From NCBI GenBank assembly GCA_963422375.2, contig OY729428.2, positions 1,504,001-1,568,000 on the forward strand: a stretch of DNA of 64,000 nt, given 5' to 3'. Shown here in pieces: positions 54,327 to 63,477 of the stretch. The position numbers and the translations under genes are program-made. This stretch comes from Bryobacterales bacterium. GTDB lineage: Bacteria > Acidobacteriota > Terriglobia > Bryobacterales > UBA6623. Every line of letters begins with the position of its first letter. Position 1 is the first letter of the stretch. The notes under the pieces are model-generated. The model saw only the letters and a list, made by a program, of their open reading frames with translations. It was not told the DNA's origin and did no database searches.

Positions 54327-55064
54327 TTGGCGCGGACTTTCGTGATCTGGGCTGTGCTGGCCCCGGCCGCGGCGCTCGCGCAGCTGGACCTGCGCTTGGG
54401 CGCGGAAGTGTACGCTCGGACCTGCGCCAACCAGTACTGCCACGGGGCCGCCGGCGAGCAAGGTGCGGCGGCGGCCCTCGCCGGACGGAAGCTCCGCTAC
54501 TCCTTCGTGGCTCGGTCCGTCATTTACGGCATCGCCAATACGAACATGCCGCCTTGGAAGGAGGCGCTGCCGCCGGCCGAGCTCGATGCCGTCATCGAGT
54601 ACGTCATGAGCCTGCAAAGCGCGCCGTCGTCGGCAGGTCCAGCTCCCGCGGCGGCTCCGGAGGCGCGCCGGTTGCGCCATCCCGGCCGCGCGCTGTTCTT
54701 CGATCCCGGTAGGGTGGGCTCCTGCGGGTCATGCCACGAGTTCCAAGGCCTCGGAACGGCGGTCGCCCCGCTGATCGAGGCCGTCCCCGGGGGCGTCGCC
54801 GGTCTTCGCGCCGCGAGGCCGGCTCGGGTCGACACCGTCGCCCTCGAGTCGGGTGCCACCTTCCCGGGCGTGAAGGTCGACGGCAAGGGCGGGCAGGCCC
54901 GGTACTACGACCTCCGTCCGCGGCTCCCCGTGCTCAGAACGCTCCGCAGAGACCGCGTGCCGGCGCTCGAGGGCAGTTCCTGGACGCACGCGGCCGCCCT
55001 GGACCGATACAGCCTGGCCGAGCAAGAGACGATCATCGAGTATTTGCGGCTGGCTCTGCGGTGA
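54327..55064 (+). CDS. Di-heme cytochrome c (CX4CH + CXXCH)
   Basis: Signal peptide; CANQYCHG, GIANTNMPPW, GRALFFD..CGSCH; starts 1 bp after the dehydrogenase stop. Confidence 0.82.
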   Translation: MARTFVIWAVLAPAAALAQLDLRLGAEVYARTCANQYCHGAAGEQGAAAALAGRKLRYSFVARSVIYGIANTNMPPWKEALPPAELDAVIEYVMSLQSAPSSAGPAPAAAPEARRLRHPGRALFFDPGRVGSCGSCHEFQGLGTAVAPLIEAVPGGVAGLRAARPARVDTVALESGATFPGVKVDGKGGQARYYDLRPRLPVLRTLRRDRVPALEGSSWTHAAALDRYSLAEQETIIEYLRLALR

Positions 55065-55339
55065 CGAGCCAGCTTTCGTTCTTGCGGAGACGGGCCGCTT
55101 GCGTGCGTCTCGATAGCGGGGCTGGTAATCGCGCGAATCTGCCGCTTCGGTAACCAACGGAAACCTGTCGAGATCTACAGCCTATGGCGGATCGCAGGGT
55201 CGCTCCGATCTGTCGGCGAATCCTGTCGGAGCCGGCGGTAATTCACCGCGTCCCGCCTTGTCTGGAGGGCTGATTCCGACCGCGCGTTCCCTCGCCTGCG
55301 AGTCGATACATTGGGTTACAGCGGAAGGGAACAGCGCGG

Positions 55340-58300
55340 ATGAACTCGATCCAGCCCAATCCAATCGCGATGGCGTTTGTTGCAGCTGCCGTGGGGGTCG
55401 CTTGCCTCGCGGCCTGCGGCGGAGGCGGCGCTGCACCCGCGACGGCACAGGCCCCCGCCCCGCCGCCGTTCCGGCCGGAGGTCGCGGAAGTCGACTTGGG
55501 GAGCAACGGCGGGAGGGTCCGGCTGGCGACGGTCGAGGGCGGCACTTGGGCCCGCGACGGCAGGCCGTTCCCGAGCGGCTCGACCGTGAGGGGCGACAAC
55601 GGCTTGGACTACAGGCTCACGCTAGCGGACGGAAGATGGACGGCCGCGTTCGTAGCACCTGACCCGGTGACAGTCCGGCTGGGGGCCAGCAGCGATGCGG
55701 TGTCGATTGAGACGCGGGAGGACGGGACCTTTCGCATGGACGGTCGGGCCGTGGCGAGCGGCGATGTGTGGAGGGCCCCCAACGGCAACGAATACCGATT
55801 CGTGCGCGCGTCTGACGGCGATTGGTCCGCGGAATTCGTGTCTGCCGAGCCCTTGGTTGTGACGCTTGGGTCGAGCGGGGAACGGGCGACGCTGACAACG
55901 CTTGAAGGAGGGCGGTTCGAATACGGCGGCAGGCGCATTGGAAGCGGGGATACGTTCGCGATCCCGAGCGGACGCCGCTACAGGCTCCAGCGTTCGTCGG
56001 CGGGGCAATGGAGTGCCGTCTTCGTACCGCCCGCCCCTGTGTCCGTCCGGCTGGGCGACAGCAACGTCACGGTGTCGATCGAGACGCGGGAGAACGGCAC
56101 CTTCGGCATAGGCGACCAAGCCGTGGCGAGCGGCGCTTTGTGGAAGGCTCCCAACGGCAGCCAGTACCGCCTCGTGCACGCGCCCGGTCGTGGTTGGTCC
56201 GCGGAATTCGTGTCCGCCGGGACCTTGGTCGTGGTACTCGGAGCAAGCGAACGAAAAGCGACGCTGACACGCCTTGAAGCCGGTGTGTTCGAGTACAACG
56301 GCGAGCGGTTCCGCAGCGGCGAGACGTTCGAGGGCGAGAACGGACACCGCTACAGGCTCCTGCTCTCGCCGACCGGTGTATGGACGGCCGTCTACGCAGC
56401 CCCCGACCCGATCACGGTTAGCTTGGGATCCACGAGCGAAACGGTTTCCATCCAAGAGACTGAGAGCGGCTTTACACTGGGCGACGTTCCGATCGCGAGC
56501 GGGGACATCCGCAAGGTCCCGAACGGAGACCAATACCGGTTCCTGCAAGATCTGGAGGGGCGCTGGAGCGCGGAATTCGTCGCTCCGCCCCAGCAGCGGG
56601 TTCGGCTCGGCTCGAGCTCGCTCGCAGTCCTCGTCGAGAGCTTGGAGGGCGGGCGATTCCGCGTGGAAGGCGGTGCTTTCGAGAGCGGCCAAGTATGGGA
56701 GGCGTCGAATGGCGACTCCTACCGATTGGACCGGCGCACGGACGGCGTTTGGATCGCCACCTTCGTCCCCGGGCCGCCGGTGACGGTCACGTTGGGGTCA
56801 CGCGGCGGCACGCTGACGCTCACGCGGGCCGAGGGCGGGACCTACGAGCGCAATTCCCGGGCATTCGCGGGCGGCACCGTGACGGGAAACGGCTTCGACT
56901 ACCGTCTCACGCTGCGGAACGGCGAGTGGCACGTCGAGCCACTGGGGCGGTCTGCCACCGTCGCTCTGCCAGGCGGTGGTTCGATCACCGTCATGGAGCA
57001 GGAGGACGGCAGCTACCAGCTGGACGGGAATCCGATCACGAGCGGCCACATCGCCAAGACGGAGGGGCAGTCCTACCAACTCACTCTGTCCGGGGGGCGG
57101 TGGAATGCCGCGGTGTGGAATCCGGCACCGCTGACACCGGCGGATGGCGCCGACGACATCCAAGCGACGCTTGTGGGCGCGAGAGCCAATCTGATCGATT
57201 CGGAAGGCAGGTCCGCCAGGGCTGGAGCGAGGCTGCGCGTGAATGGTCGCGAGTTCTCGCTGCAAAGGCTGTTCGAAGACGGGGAGGACGAGCGGGCCGG
57301 ATCCTTCGTGACGCGCGTCCGGGATGGGGTCGAGCTTGCCCGGACCCGCATTGGCACGCTGCTTGGCCTGAACGACGACGGCTCCTTGGACAGCGCTATC
57401 GAGACCAAGTGGGACGAAATCGCCAGCCAGCTGGATGAGATTTTTGTCGGCGAGGGACACGCCATCCTAGGAGGCCGGGACACGCCGAAGCGGCGCGCGC
57501 AGATCGACAACGGCGAAGTCACCAGCGTTCTCGCGAAAGTCGTAGCCGCGCTAGAAAGCGAAAGCAGCTTTGACGACGCCCTCAGCGGTGGCATCTTCGG
57601 CGATACCACCTTGGCGAGCTCCAGCTCCACCGACGTTGCCGAGCTGTTCGGAACGCAGTCCGTGCTCGAGAGAATCGCCTTCGGTCACGGGGAGAACACC
57701 CGGTACGGTGCCTACTCCAAGCGCGCCCGAGCCACTCCAGGCGCGGTCTTGGAGTATGCCTCTGGCGTCGACGGCCTCGGGGCCTTCGCCTACAGCCCGC
57801 TAGAGAGATCCAGGTCCCTCGACCTCCCTCGTCGTGGACGGGCCGCATACGTAGGCGAGACCTACGCCGCAGCGCGCAACGGCGACCAAGAGTTGTTCGT
57901 AGGAGACATCGAGTTGGAAGCGAACTTCAGTAGCGGCCGGGTGGCCGGCATCGTCACGAATCTCGACGAGATATCGCACGGCAATCCGTGGAAGTACGCC
58001 AGCGGCGACGTGGCGACGATTCGCTTGCCCGGCGCGAGCATCGCGCGCGATGACGGATCGTTCGCAGCCGCGGACGACGCGACCGCCTCGGTCGAGTACG
58101 CGACGGCAGTCGGTGCGCCGCGCCCCCGCTCCGTTGCCTCGGGCTTGTCGGGGCAGTTTCTCAGCACGGAGGCCGAGCACGGGAGCAACGTTATCGGCAC
58201 TTGGTCCCTGAAGGGCGACGGCGAGGCGATACTGACCGGCGGCTTCGGCGCGGATCTCGACCCGGCGCAACAGCCGGTGGCTCCGCAGCCTCCGGCGACG

Positions 58301-59434
58301 TCGGACGGCGGCGAGAGCTCGAGGACATTCCTCACCGCCCGGCCGGACGACGACGGCGAGATCGAGATAGAGGCCCTTGACGAGGACGGAGAAACGATCA
58401 AGCTGCCGGCAGCAAGCCTGTTTCAAGACAACGAATTCAGCCGTTCGGGACCGCGGATATTCGCGAGCGCTCGAAGCGCGCTCGAAGCGCATCTCTCTCG
58501 CCTGAGGCTCTACAGGGAGCTGGCCCTCGACACCGAGTCACTCCGGACAAGTCTTTGGACCGCGGCGAACGCGGAATTGGAATCGATTTTCGGCGCCGGA
58601 ACGACGGCCTTGGGTTCCGAATACCCATCTGGCCGTGAAATGCCTGCTCGCGATGTCGCGGCGGTCAGGAAGTTGGAGGACGCTGTGGATGCGTTGGGCA
58701 GTGCAAGCGACTTCGAATTCGCGGTGAGCCGCCCGGACCTGTTCGCCACCGAGCCGCCGAGTTCTGCTGACTTTGACGCGATATACGCCGCTCGCGAGTT
58801 CGAGCTGGAAGTGGTTTACTGGTCCACGGACTTCGCTAGGTACGGCGCGTGGGCCCAGACAGCCCCCTCCAAGGCAATCAGCCCGGCGGAGAAATCCCTT
58901 CAGGCTACGGGTGTGTTCGCCTACAGCCCGCTCGCACAGTCCGTGCATCGCTCGGGGGACTCTGCTTTCGCGACGGGGTTCGCTGCGCGCTACGAGGGGT
59001 CGACATGGGCAGTCGAGACGGTAAAGGAGAATGGCACGCCGGCTAGCCCCTATTTCCGATTCTACGATGCCACCTTCATCATGACCGTTCGATGGTCCGG
59101 AGGTAGTGCGGACGCTGCCGTCTCCGCCGTTGTGGAGGGATTGAGCGAATCGAAGGAGTACGATCCGTACAGTTACCAAGGGCAGGGCGTAGACCAGATC
59201 ATCTTCAGCGGCCTATCGACGAGCGTCACTTCTGGCAGAATCGAATTGGACGACTCGCGTCACAGCGTTCGGGTTCGGCACTTGGACTTTGGGATAGCGG
59301 ACCGCACCATCGACTCAGACACCTCGATGAGGGGCAAGTTCGTTGGCACTAGCTGGGACGGTCCCCGGGGCGTAATCGGTGACTGGGAAGCGGGCGACCT
59401 CAAGGGCGCCTTCGGTGCAGACTTCAAGCCTTGA
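55340..59434 (+). CDS. Large surface lipoprotein: nine ~62-aa repeats plus two TbpB-like beta-barrel lobes
   Basis: Lipobox LAAC + GGGG linker; repeats; two lobes each with RYGA[YW], G.FAYSPL, A.Y.G.T.A, G.F..., VIG.W, G[GA]FGAD. Confidence 0.8.
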   Translation: MNSIQPNPIAMAFVAAAVGVACLAACGGGGAAPATAQAPAPPPFRPEVAEVDLGSNGGRVRLATVEGGTWARDGRPFPSGSTVRGDNGLDYRLTLADGRWTAAFVAPDPVTVRLGASSDAVSIETREDGTFRMDGRAVASGDVWRAPNGNEYRFVRASDGDWSAEFVSAEPLVVTLGSSGERATLTTLEGGRFEYGGRRIGSGDTFAIPSGRRYRLQRSSAGQWSAVFVPPAPVSVRLGDSNVTVSIETRENGTFGIGDQAVASGALWKAPNGSQYRLVHAPGRGWSAEFVSAGTLVVVLGASERKATLTRLEAGVFEYNGERFRSGETFEGENGHRYRLLLSPTGVWTAVYAAPDPITVSLGSTSETVSIQETESGFTLGDVPIASGDIRKVPNGDQYRFLQDLEGRWSAEFVAPPQQRVRLGSSSLAVLVESLEGGRFRVEGGAFESGQVWEASNGDSYRLDRRTDGVWIATFVPGPPVTVTLGSRGGTLTLTRAEGGTYERNSRAFAGGTVTGNGFDYRLTLRNGEWHVEPLGRSATVALPGGGSITVMEQEDGSYQLDGNPITSGHIAKTEGQSYQLTLSGGRWNAAVWNPAPLTPADGADDIQATLVGARANLIDSEGRSARAGARLRVNGREFSLQRLFEDGEDERAGSFVTRVRDGVELARTRIGTLLGLNDDGSLDSAIETKWDEIASQLDEIFVGEGHAILGGRDTPKRRAQIDNGEVTSVLAKVVAALESESSFDDALSGGIFGDTTLASSSSTDVAELFGTQSVLERIAFGHGENTRYGAYSKRARATPGAVLEYASGVDGLGAFAYSPLERSRSLDLPRRGRAAYVGETYAAARNGDQELFVGDIELEANFSSGRVAGIVTNLDEISHGNPWKYASGDVATIRLPGASIARDDGSFAAADDATASVEYATAVGAPRPRSVASGLSGQFLSTEAEHGSNVIGTWSLKGDGEAILTGGFGADLDPAQQPVAPQPPATSDGGESSRTFLTARPDDDGEIEIEALDEDGETIKLPAASLFQDNEFSRSGPRIFASARSALEAHLSRLRLYRELALDTESLRTSLWTAANAELESIFGAGTTALGSEYPSGREMPARDVAAVRKLEDAVDALGSASDFEFAVSRPDLFATEPPSSADFDAIYAAREFELEVVYWSTDFARYGAWAQTAPSKAISPAEKSLQATGVFAYSPLAQSVHRSGDSAFATGFAARYEGSTWAVETVKENGTPASPYFRFYDATFIMTVRWSGGSADAAVSAVVEGLSESKEYDPYSYQGQGVDQIIFSGLSTSVTSGRIELDDSRHSVRVRHLDFGIADRTIDSDTSMRGKFVGTSWDGPRGVIGDWEAGDLKGAFGADFKP
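55475..57124 (+). repeat. Intragenic tandem repeat array, 9 x ~186 bp with a 372-bp higher-order unit
   Basis: Consensus P..V.LG.S...V.L...E.G.F...G....SG......NG..YRL.....G.W.A.FV; TGGTCCGCGGAATTCGTGTC occurs at about 55823 and 56195, 372 bp apart. Confidence 0.85.
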
Positions 59435-59630
59435 CGCCCGGGCCGGTTCTCATCCGACCGGGTATGCTAGCAGTCTCTTGCGTTGCGGGCGGGACGGTGC
59501 ATTCTCGAAGATGGCGATGGGTGCCAGCGCCGATGCTCGAGTCCCTTGGGAAACCTGGGTATCGGAGGTGATGCACGGGTCTACCTGGCCCCGGCGTGAC
59601 AGGTTGGCTGGCTCGTTCCTGACCTCGCGT

Positions 59631-60785
59631 TCATTCGGAGGCTAGGCGCTCGAAGCGCTTGATCCGGTCTGGGCGGAGCTCGAATCTGGAAGTGTCCAAG
59701 GCGTTCGAGCGGCTGAGGCAAAGGTCCGCCATGATCCTGCCAACCGCGCTGCAAAACTTGAATCCATGTCCGGAAAAGCCAGCGGCCACAAAAACGTCCG
59801 GCTCTTCCGGGTGGCGGTCTAGGATGAAGTCGCGATCGGGCGTGTTGGTGAATGTGCAAGCCGCCATCCTGCGAGTCGGGCCGGACGCTTGCGGAAAGTA
59901 CTCGTCCAGACCGTCCCGCAAGACCCGTTCGTCGTCCGCGTCGCAGGTGTGTACCATGGCATCGGGATCGTCCACCTGCTCCCGTAGGTGATGGTACTTC
60001 CCGATCTTGAAGCCTTCGCCGCGATGGTCTGGGTAACCGTAGAAGCGGCCGCGGGGGGACTCCATGTTGAAGACAGGGAAGCGTCTCGGAGCGTAGGCCG
60101 CCGCGACCACGGGAGAAGTCCAGAGCATCACCTGCCTCTCGGGTCGGCAATACTGTCGCAGGACCGGCGCGAGCTGCCCGACCCACGGCCCCGTTGCAAG
60201 CACGAGCCGCTTGGCTAGGAACCTGCCGGCCTCGGTATCGACGCGGAGCGATCCGGCTTGCCGCGCCCATCCGAGCGCCCGCGTGCCTTGGATCACCTCC
60301 GCGCCGAGGTCGAGCGCTGCATCCACATGCGAGGCGACGGCCACTTCGGATAGCAAGTACCCGGCGTCGGGCTGGTAGAGCGCCCGCAGCGACGGCGGCA
60401 GCCGATAGCCAGGGTAGCGGCGATTGACCTGCTCCGCCTCGAGTTCCTTGAATTCGAGTCCGTGCCGGAGGCACGACCGCTTCGATCCCAGGATCGTCCA
60501 GCTGTCCTCCGGTCCGATATCGAGCCCGCCCGTCACGTGCAGAATGGACCTCCTCGACACCCGTTCGAGTTCGCGCCAATTCCTGTAGGCCTCGCGCAGC
60601 AGGGGCACGTAGTGGCTCCCCTCGGAGTACGCTAGGCGGATAATCCGGGTCGACCCGTGCGACGAACCGAACGCGTGGGGTATGCCGAATCGTTCCACGC
60701 CTAGCGCCTTGCAGCCGCTGCGGGCGAGATGGAACAGGGTCGCGCTCCCCATTCCGCCGAGACCGATGACGATCGCGTCGTACAT
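59631..60785 (-). CDS. solA: N-methyl-L-tryptophan oxidase / monomeric sarcosine oxidase family flavoprotein
   Basis: YDAIVIGLGGMGSA, GSSHGSTRIIRLAY, a Cys in AACTFTNTPD (covalent FAD site), GFSGHGFKF. Confidence 0.88.
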   Translation of the reverse strand: MYDAIVIGLGGMGSATLFHLARSGCKALGVERFGIPHAFGSSHGSTRIIRLAYSEGSHYVPLLREAYRNWRELERVSRRSILHVTGGLDIGPEDSWTILGSKRSCLRHGLEFKELEAEQVNRRYPGYRLPPSLRALYQPDAGYLLSEVAVASHVDAALDLGAEVIQGTRALGWARQAGSLRVDTEAGRFLAKRLVLATGPWVGQLAPVLRQYCRPERQVMLWTSPVVAAAYAPRRFPVFNMESPRGRFYGYPDHRGEGFKIGKYHHLREQVDDPDAMVHTCDADDERVLRDGLDEYFPQASGPTRRMAACTFTNTPDRDFILDRHPEEPDVFVAAGFSGHGFKFCSAVGRIMADLCLSRSNALDTSRFELRPDRIKRFERLASE

Positions 60786-60794
60786 CCGTGCCGG

Positions 60795-62945
60795 TCAAGG
60801 TCTGTCGCGGGTGACCGCGAGAGCGTGAAGGCGCAAGATCTGATCCTCGTCAAGCACCTCGCGGAAGGACGGCATTCCGTTCCCGCCGCGCACCACTAGG
60901 CGTACGAACTGGCCCGCGGATAGACCGGTCAGGAAGATGTTGGGACCGCTGCCCCCGCCGTCTCTGTGGCACCCGATGCAATGCGACCGGTACAGAGCGT
61001 TGGCCCCGAGCAGCGCCTCCTCGTCCTCGAGGTACGGATTGGCTCTCTCGTCAGCGCCTCCTGCGCTGGCCGCGCTGCTCGAGATCGGCTGGGGCGGGCC
61101 TGCCGTGCGAACGGGGGCGCTGCCTTCCGTCGCTTTGAATCCGTAGCCGGGCAAGACACGTCCTCCGAGCGTGTGACCGGGCTCTCCCACCCGGGGAAGT
61201 CCCCCTTCGATCGTCGTCAAGCTCGTGCCCAGTGGCACCCGCGCCGGTCCTCCTCCGTCAAGAGCGAAGACCCAGATGTTCCCCGCCTTCGGCTCGGCGT
61301 AGTAGAAGGTCATGTCGCCGCCTATTCCTCCGGACGGGACTGCGACGTACTGCGTGCCGTCTAGCTCGTAGGTGATCGGGCTGCCGATGATTCCCGAGCC
61401 GGTCTGGAATTGCCACAGCAAGGTGCCGGTGCGGGCGTCGAGGGCCATGAAGTAGCCGCGCATGTCGCCGGTGAATACAAGTCCGCTTGACGTGGCCACC
61501 GAACCGGCCCAGAATGGGGCGGGGCTCGTCAATCTCCATAGAACCTCGCGATTCAATACGTCATAGGCGATGAAGTTGCCCGGGTTCTCGCTCGTCACGT
61601 ACTGCTGGTAATCGGCGCCGAGGTACCACTCGCCGTCGCTCGGAGGAGCGAACGAGTCCTCCTCCCAGAACTTGTAGCCCATCGCCCATTGGTTCGACAT
61701 GAAGTAGAGCGTCCGCAGTTGCGGGTTGTAGGCGAGCGGCTGCCAGTCGATCGCCCCTTCAAGGCTCGGGATGATCGGGCCGACCTCGGGTCCACCGGAT
61801 TCAGCCACCATCTCGGGATTCACGATCGGGCGGCCTGTTTCCGGATCGAGCCCCTTGGCCCAAGTGATGCCCGGCACGATCGGGTCGCCGTAAAGGAACT
61901 GCCCGTCGGTGCGGTCGAGCGCGTAGAAATATCCGTTCTTGTCGTGGTGGAAGAGCGCCTTGACCGGGCCGTGCTCGCCGAGATCGAGGTCTGCGAGCAC
62001 CGGGGTGCTGACCGCGTCGTAGTCCCAGCAGTCCCACGGCGTGTACTGGAAGCCCCATTCGATCCGGCCTGAATCGGCGTCGATGGCGATCGTGGCTGCA
62101 GTCCACTTGTTGTCGCCCTTGCGGACTTGGCAGTTCCAAGGAGCCGCGTTGCCTGTATTCCAATAGACGAGTTCGATGTCGGGATCGTAGACGCCGGTTG
62201 TCCATGTAGGCCCGCCTCCGTGCTTCCACGTCTCGCCCGGCCAGGTCTCGTTCCCGGGTTCACCGGGCCCGGGAATCGTGTAGGCTGTCCAGCGCAGCTC
62301 CCCGGTACCGCTGTCGAACGCCTTGACGAACCCCCGGATGCCGAACTCTCCGCCGGCGACTCCGGTGAGTACCATGTCTTTCACGACCAGCGGGGCTCCG
62401 GTGATGCTATATCCCTGACGCCAGTCGACGACTTGGGTTTCCCAGACGACTTCTCCCGAGGACTTGTCGAGCGCGACCAATCGGGCGTCCATCGTGCCAA
62501 CGTAAACGAGTTCACCCGACAGGGCCACGCCGCGGTTGATCGACCCGCAGCAATAGACCCGTTCGGTCTCGACCCGGAGCTGCGGATCGTAGCTCCACTC
62601 CTTCGCTCCCGTCCGTGCGTCGATCGCGAACACCCGGGAGCCGTCAGCCGACACGTACAAAACGCCGTCATGAATGAGCGGAGTCGCCTCGAGGCCGCGA
62701 TTCTCCCCGCCCGTGGCGAAGACCCACGCCGGATGCAGGCGGCTGATGTTGCCCGGGTTGATTTGATCTAGGTCTACGTAGCGGTGGGCGTAGTAGTCCC
62801 GGCCGTACATCAGCCAGTCAGATGTGTTGGTCGCTGCCGCCTCGAGATCTTCGTTGGTGACCGGCTGAGCAACGACATGCGGGACCAGCAATGCGAGCGA
62901 CACGAGAAGATTCCGAATGACTGCGGTGTGGGTTGGCGAAATCAT
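60795..62945 (-). CDS. PQQ-dependent quinohemoprotein alcohol dehydrogenase with C-terminal cytochrome c
   Basis: WLMYGRDY, GLEATP, YCCGSINRG (vicinal Cys), AGGEFGIRG, TGNAAPW, WDCWDYD; C-terminal CIGCH...GMPSF. Confidence 0.9.
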   Translation of the reverse strand: MISPTHTAVIRNLLVSLALLVPHVVAQPVTNEDLEAAATNTSDWLMYGRDYYAHRYVDLDQINPGNISRLHPAWVFATGGENRGLEATPLIHDGVLYVSADGSRVFAIDARTGAKEWSYDPQLRVETERVYCCGSINRGVALSGELVYVGTMDARLVALDKSSGEVVWETQVVDWRQGYSITGAPLVVKDMVLTGVAGGEFGIRGFVKAFDSGTGELRWTAYTIPGPGEPGNETWPGETWKHGGGPTWTTGVYDPDIELVYWNTGNAAPWNCQVRKGDNKWTAATIAIDADSGRIEWGFQYTPWDCWDYDAVSTPVLADLDLGEHGPVKALFHHDKNGYFYALDRTDGQFLYGDPIVPGITWAKGLDPETGRPIVNPEMVAESGGPEVGPIIPSLEGAIDWQPLAYNPQLRTLYFMSNQWAMGYKFWEEDSFAPPSDGEWYLGADYQQYVTSENPGNFIAYDVLNREVLWRLTSPAPFWAGSVATSSGLVFTGDMRGYFMALDARTGTLLWQFQTGSGIIGSPITYELDGTQYVAVPSGGIGGDMTFYYAEPKAGNIWVFALDGGGPARVPLGTSLTTIEGGLPRVGEPGHTLGGRVLPGYGFKATEGSAPVRTAGPPQPISSSAASAGGADERANPYLEDEEALLGANALYRSHCIGCHRDGGGSGPNIFLTGLSAGQFVRLVVRGGNGMPSFREVLDEDQILRLHALAVTRDRP

Positions 62946-63477
62946 TGTATGTGCTGCCGGATTCCATTCTTGCAAAGGAGCCTGCCCTCGAATCGATCAT
63001 GCCCGAGCCCACCGTTACATGGGTCGCTCGGATGACCATGTCCGATTCGGACCGCGATTAGAGTGGTCCGTGACCGCGTTTTCGTGACGTTTCGGGGAGT
63101 TGGAGGGGGAGAGCGTCTGCATCCGGGTAGCTGACACCCTTCCGACGCCCCTAGACCGAGTAAGTGCAGGACGGACGCTGTCTCTCGTCCTGGGGTCGGA
63201 GCCTGTGCGGAGCGGTCGAACGCTTGGCGGGGTTGGGGACAGCGCGTAGGAGAGACGAGACCAACGGCGAGGCTAGTGTCAAGGACAAGCCGATCGGGGA
63301 CGGCCAGATCCTTTCGCACGACAACCGCCGCCGAATGGATCCCTCGAGCGGTGTCCCGGACGGCGGCCACGTCGCTGTTCTGGCCGTCTAAGGAAAGAGC
63401 AGACGCCATTTCGATGCAGTCGGCAATCCAATCCGACGCTTGCGGGCGGGAAACGTGGGATTTGCCAATGATCGGAT

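Noticed and set aside
51110..54430. 1106-aa minus-strand ORF suggesting a giant fusion
   Set aside because: Only the part from 52558 down is DUF1501. The rest is the antisense shadow of the plus-strand dehydrogenase, and the long N-terminus of ORF 51920-54325 is likewise a shadow of DUF1501.
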